From positions 1 to 64,000 of the forward strand of contig VRVR01000042.1 of assembly GCA_009859145.1 (NCBI GenBank): 64,000 bases of DNA. The letters are read 5' to 3'. The notes under the pieces were generated by a model that did no database searches, was not told the DNA's origin, and was given only the letters and a program-made list of their open reading frames with translations. Shown here piece by piece: positions 62,260-64,000 of this stretch (positions are counted from its first letter, which is position 1; each line of letters starts with the position of its first letter). Source of the DNA: Andalucia godoyi And28. Its lineage: Eukaryota > Protista > Jakobida. The position numbers were made by a program, and so were the translations under genes.

Positions 62260-62636
62260 AAGTGGCTGGGACTGCGGGTACGCTAGGCAGAGCATCGGGT
62301 GTTTGGAAATCTTTAGATGTATTGTATAATAATAATGATTATTATTTTTACAGTATGAAGAATCGTGTCTCAGAGGAAACCAGAAAAGGTGCTGTGATGT
62401 GCGTGCATGGGGAAACACTCGGGAGAAATTCGACGTGTGGGTTGGTTTTTCGGAGCGGTTGTTGCGCAAGGGCCGTTCTGCACGGTGCGCCGTCATTTGC
62501 ATCTCATGCTTGGTCGCAACAAGGCTCTGGGTGCACTCTGGGTGGTCGAGACGGGGGGATTTGTTTACAAACACGCTTCGTTACTGGTGTGCATCACTAC
62601 TACATCAACATCATCTAATGCATCAGAAACGCGCAA

Positions 62637-63203
62637 CTAGTTGCACAAGGTAGGCTTGGTGAAAAGCGCTGGGTCCGGGATCTGCGGCGCAAAGTCTGCA
62701 AAGTCAAACTGAATGGTGCGTTCGGTACTGACGATCGTCTCGCGGACAGGATAGCTTGTTCCCTGCAGAGTGTACAGTGTGAGAGCACTCTGTGTCAGCT
62801 CCCATACGTCGCACTTCCGTCCATTGATGTCGATGTTTCCACCAAAGGTTGAAAACGGCACCCATCCAAACAAGGATCCTGGCTTTCCAGTAATGTCGCG
62901 AATGTTGCAGCTCTCTGTCGTAACGTCCGCGATGTACTCCTTCATCAGATCGCCTCGAGAAAGATCCGTGCGGATCAGCGTCGTATGCTGAGCAGTGTCA
63001 TAGTAGAACCACACAAACGCAGGAATCGTGGAGCTCTGGGCGATCCGCGTGTAGAACTCCGCAGTGACATTCGGTTGTATCAGCGTAAACGTCACGGTGC
63101 TAGAAAAGTCACTCGGCATCCCGGGCGGCGTCGGCGAGCTCAGCACAGCGCATCCGTTCAGCAACACCACAGCAGCAACCAGTAAAACAATTCTCATCAT
63201 CAT
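62637..63203 (-). CDS. Secreted ependymin-related (LolA-fold) protein
   Basis: Signal peptide MMMRIVLLVAAVVLLNGCAVLS; C..., GRKCDVW, YPVRE, DFADFAPQIPDPALFTKPTLC. Confidence 0.75.
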   Translation of the reverse strand: MMMRIVLLVAAVVLLNGCAVLSSPTPPGMPSDFSSTVTFTLIQPNVTAEFYTRIAQSSTIPAFVWFYYDTAQHTTLIRTDLSRGDLMKEYIADVTTESCNIRDITGKPGSLFGWVPFSTFGGNIDINGRKCDVWELTQSALTLYTLQGTSYPVRETIVSTERTIQFDFADFAPQIPDPALFTKPTLCN

Positions 63204-63623
63204 CGACAATACAGGTGATAACAATTCCTTGTTTTTTTTAATTTTTTCTTCCTTCTTAATGAATCAAGTAATCATTTGTGCTGCTGCTGATTATGAAAGA
63301 AATAATGAAGCACTCGAGTGCCGGAGCCGGAGGAGCTGGCAGGGCCCAAAGCCAGCAACTCCTTCTGAGGGGAGGGTCTTGACCGGGCGACAAGCAGGCG
63401 AGCGTTGACATCCATCGCTTTGCATGTATAAGCAAAGCCCCATTGCATCTCCTTTTCTCAATTGTTCCCAACTGGCTGTCCATGTAAACGACGTTCTACT
63501 CTACTTTACCCACTCACCCAGAAATTTAAAGGTAGTGCTATTATGTTCGCCTTTTTGCATTCACGCCAGTCTACCGTCATTCATTTGGGGTTTTTTGTTT
63601 CACCCCAACAAGAATGATCCTGG

Positions 63624-64000
63624 AATCTGACGACAGACTCGCATCGAAAACTGGCCCCCCAGCGGTTAACGTAAGCAGCATGACTGCGTCCTGTTGCCAA
63701 AGTTTGAGACATCTAGAATGGTCTTGAAAGAAGGACGGCAAATCAACAACAAGACGGCTCGTCAGATGGTGGTGACGTTGAGGGGGGGTGGTGGGTCACT
63801 TCCAATTCCGAAAAAAAGCCTGTTTCATAAGGCGACGGAATACGCGAGCCGCGAGATCCACGTTGTGAGCGAGGAGTACAACTCCAGAACATGTCGTTTT
63901 GGTGGCGCTATTCGTGAGCGGCTAGGCGGAAAACAAAGTGCTCCGATGCCCGGCATGTCCGGCCCGTCTGGATCGAGATTGAAAGGATGCGCGCAAAAAG
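63624..64000 (+). pseudogene. Fanzor2/IS607-TnpB RuvC-II to RuvC-III remnant (copy 2), cut by the window end
   Basis: NLTTDSHRKLA..., then a +1 shift, then KQHDCVLLPKFETSRMV..RQINNKTARQM...LFHKATEY..IHVVSEEYNSRTC...ERLGGK, then a +1 shift, then KVLRCPACPARLDRD*KDARK. Confidence 0.92.

Noticed and set aside
2081-64000. Alternative genetic code
   Set aside because: TAA, TAG and TGA all terminate conserved genes at the expected positions.

Overview
Gene-dense, essentially intron-free eukaryotic nuclear DNA in the standard code. CFAP69 and a NEK kinase suggest a flagellated protist; the species is not determinable from the window. About 30 protein-coding genes are supported. They include a NEK kinase, SPRTN, class II HDAC, DDX49, USP20/33, PepE, CPSF160, HSL-type lipase, COX16, TMEM115, CFAP69, BAR protein, ABCA, RPT1 and an ependymin-like protein. 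There is also an intron-containing tRNA-Ser(CGA), microsatellites and two dispersed repeat families. Main discovery: two degenerate copies of a Fanzor2/IS607-TnpB-type RNA-guided nuclease gene (29357-29532 minus; 63624-window end plus). The first is followed by an apparently intact structured non-coding tract with GNRA- and UUCG-capped hairpins, a candidate omegaRNA scaffold surviving after loss of its ORF. Other oddities: a frame-split RelA/SpoT-type HD hydrolase, a GnT-I-like pseudoenzyme fused to a GnT-V C-terminal domain, a bacterial-family orphan gene, a truncated Skp1/Elongin-C domain, a putative Ig/p53-fold transcription factor and a decayed P-type H+-ATPase. All family calls are from motif recognition by eye; no searches were run.
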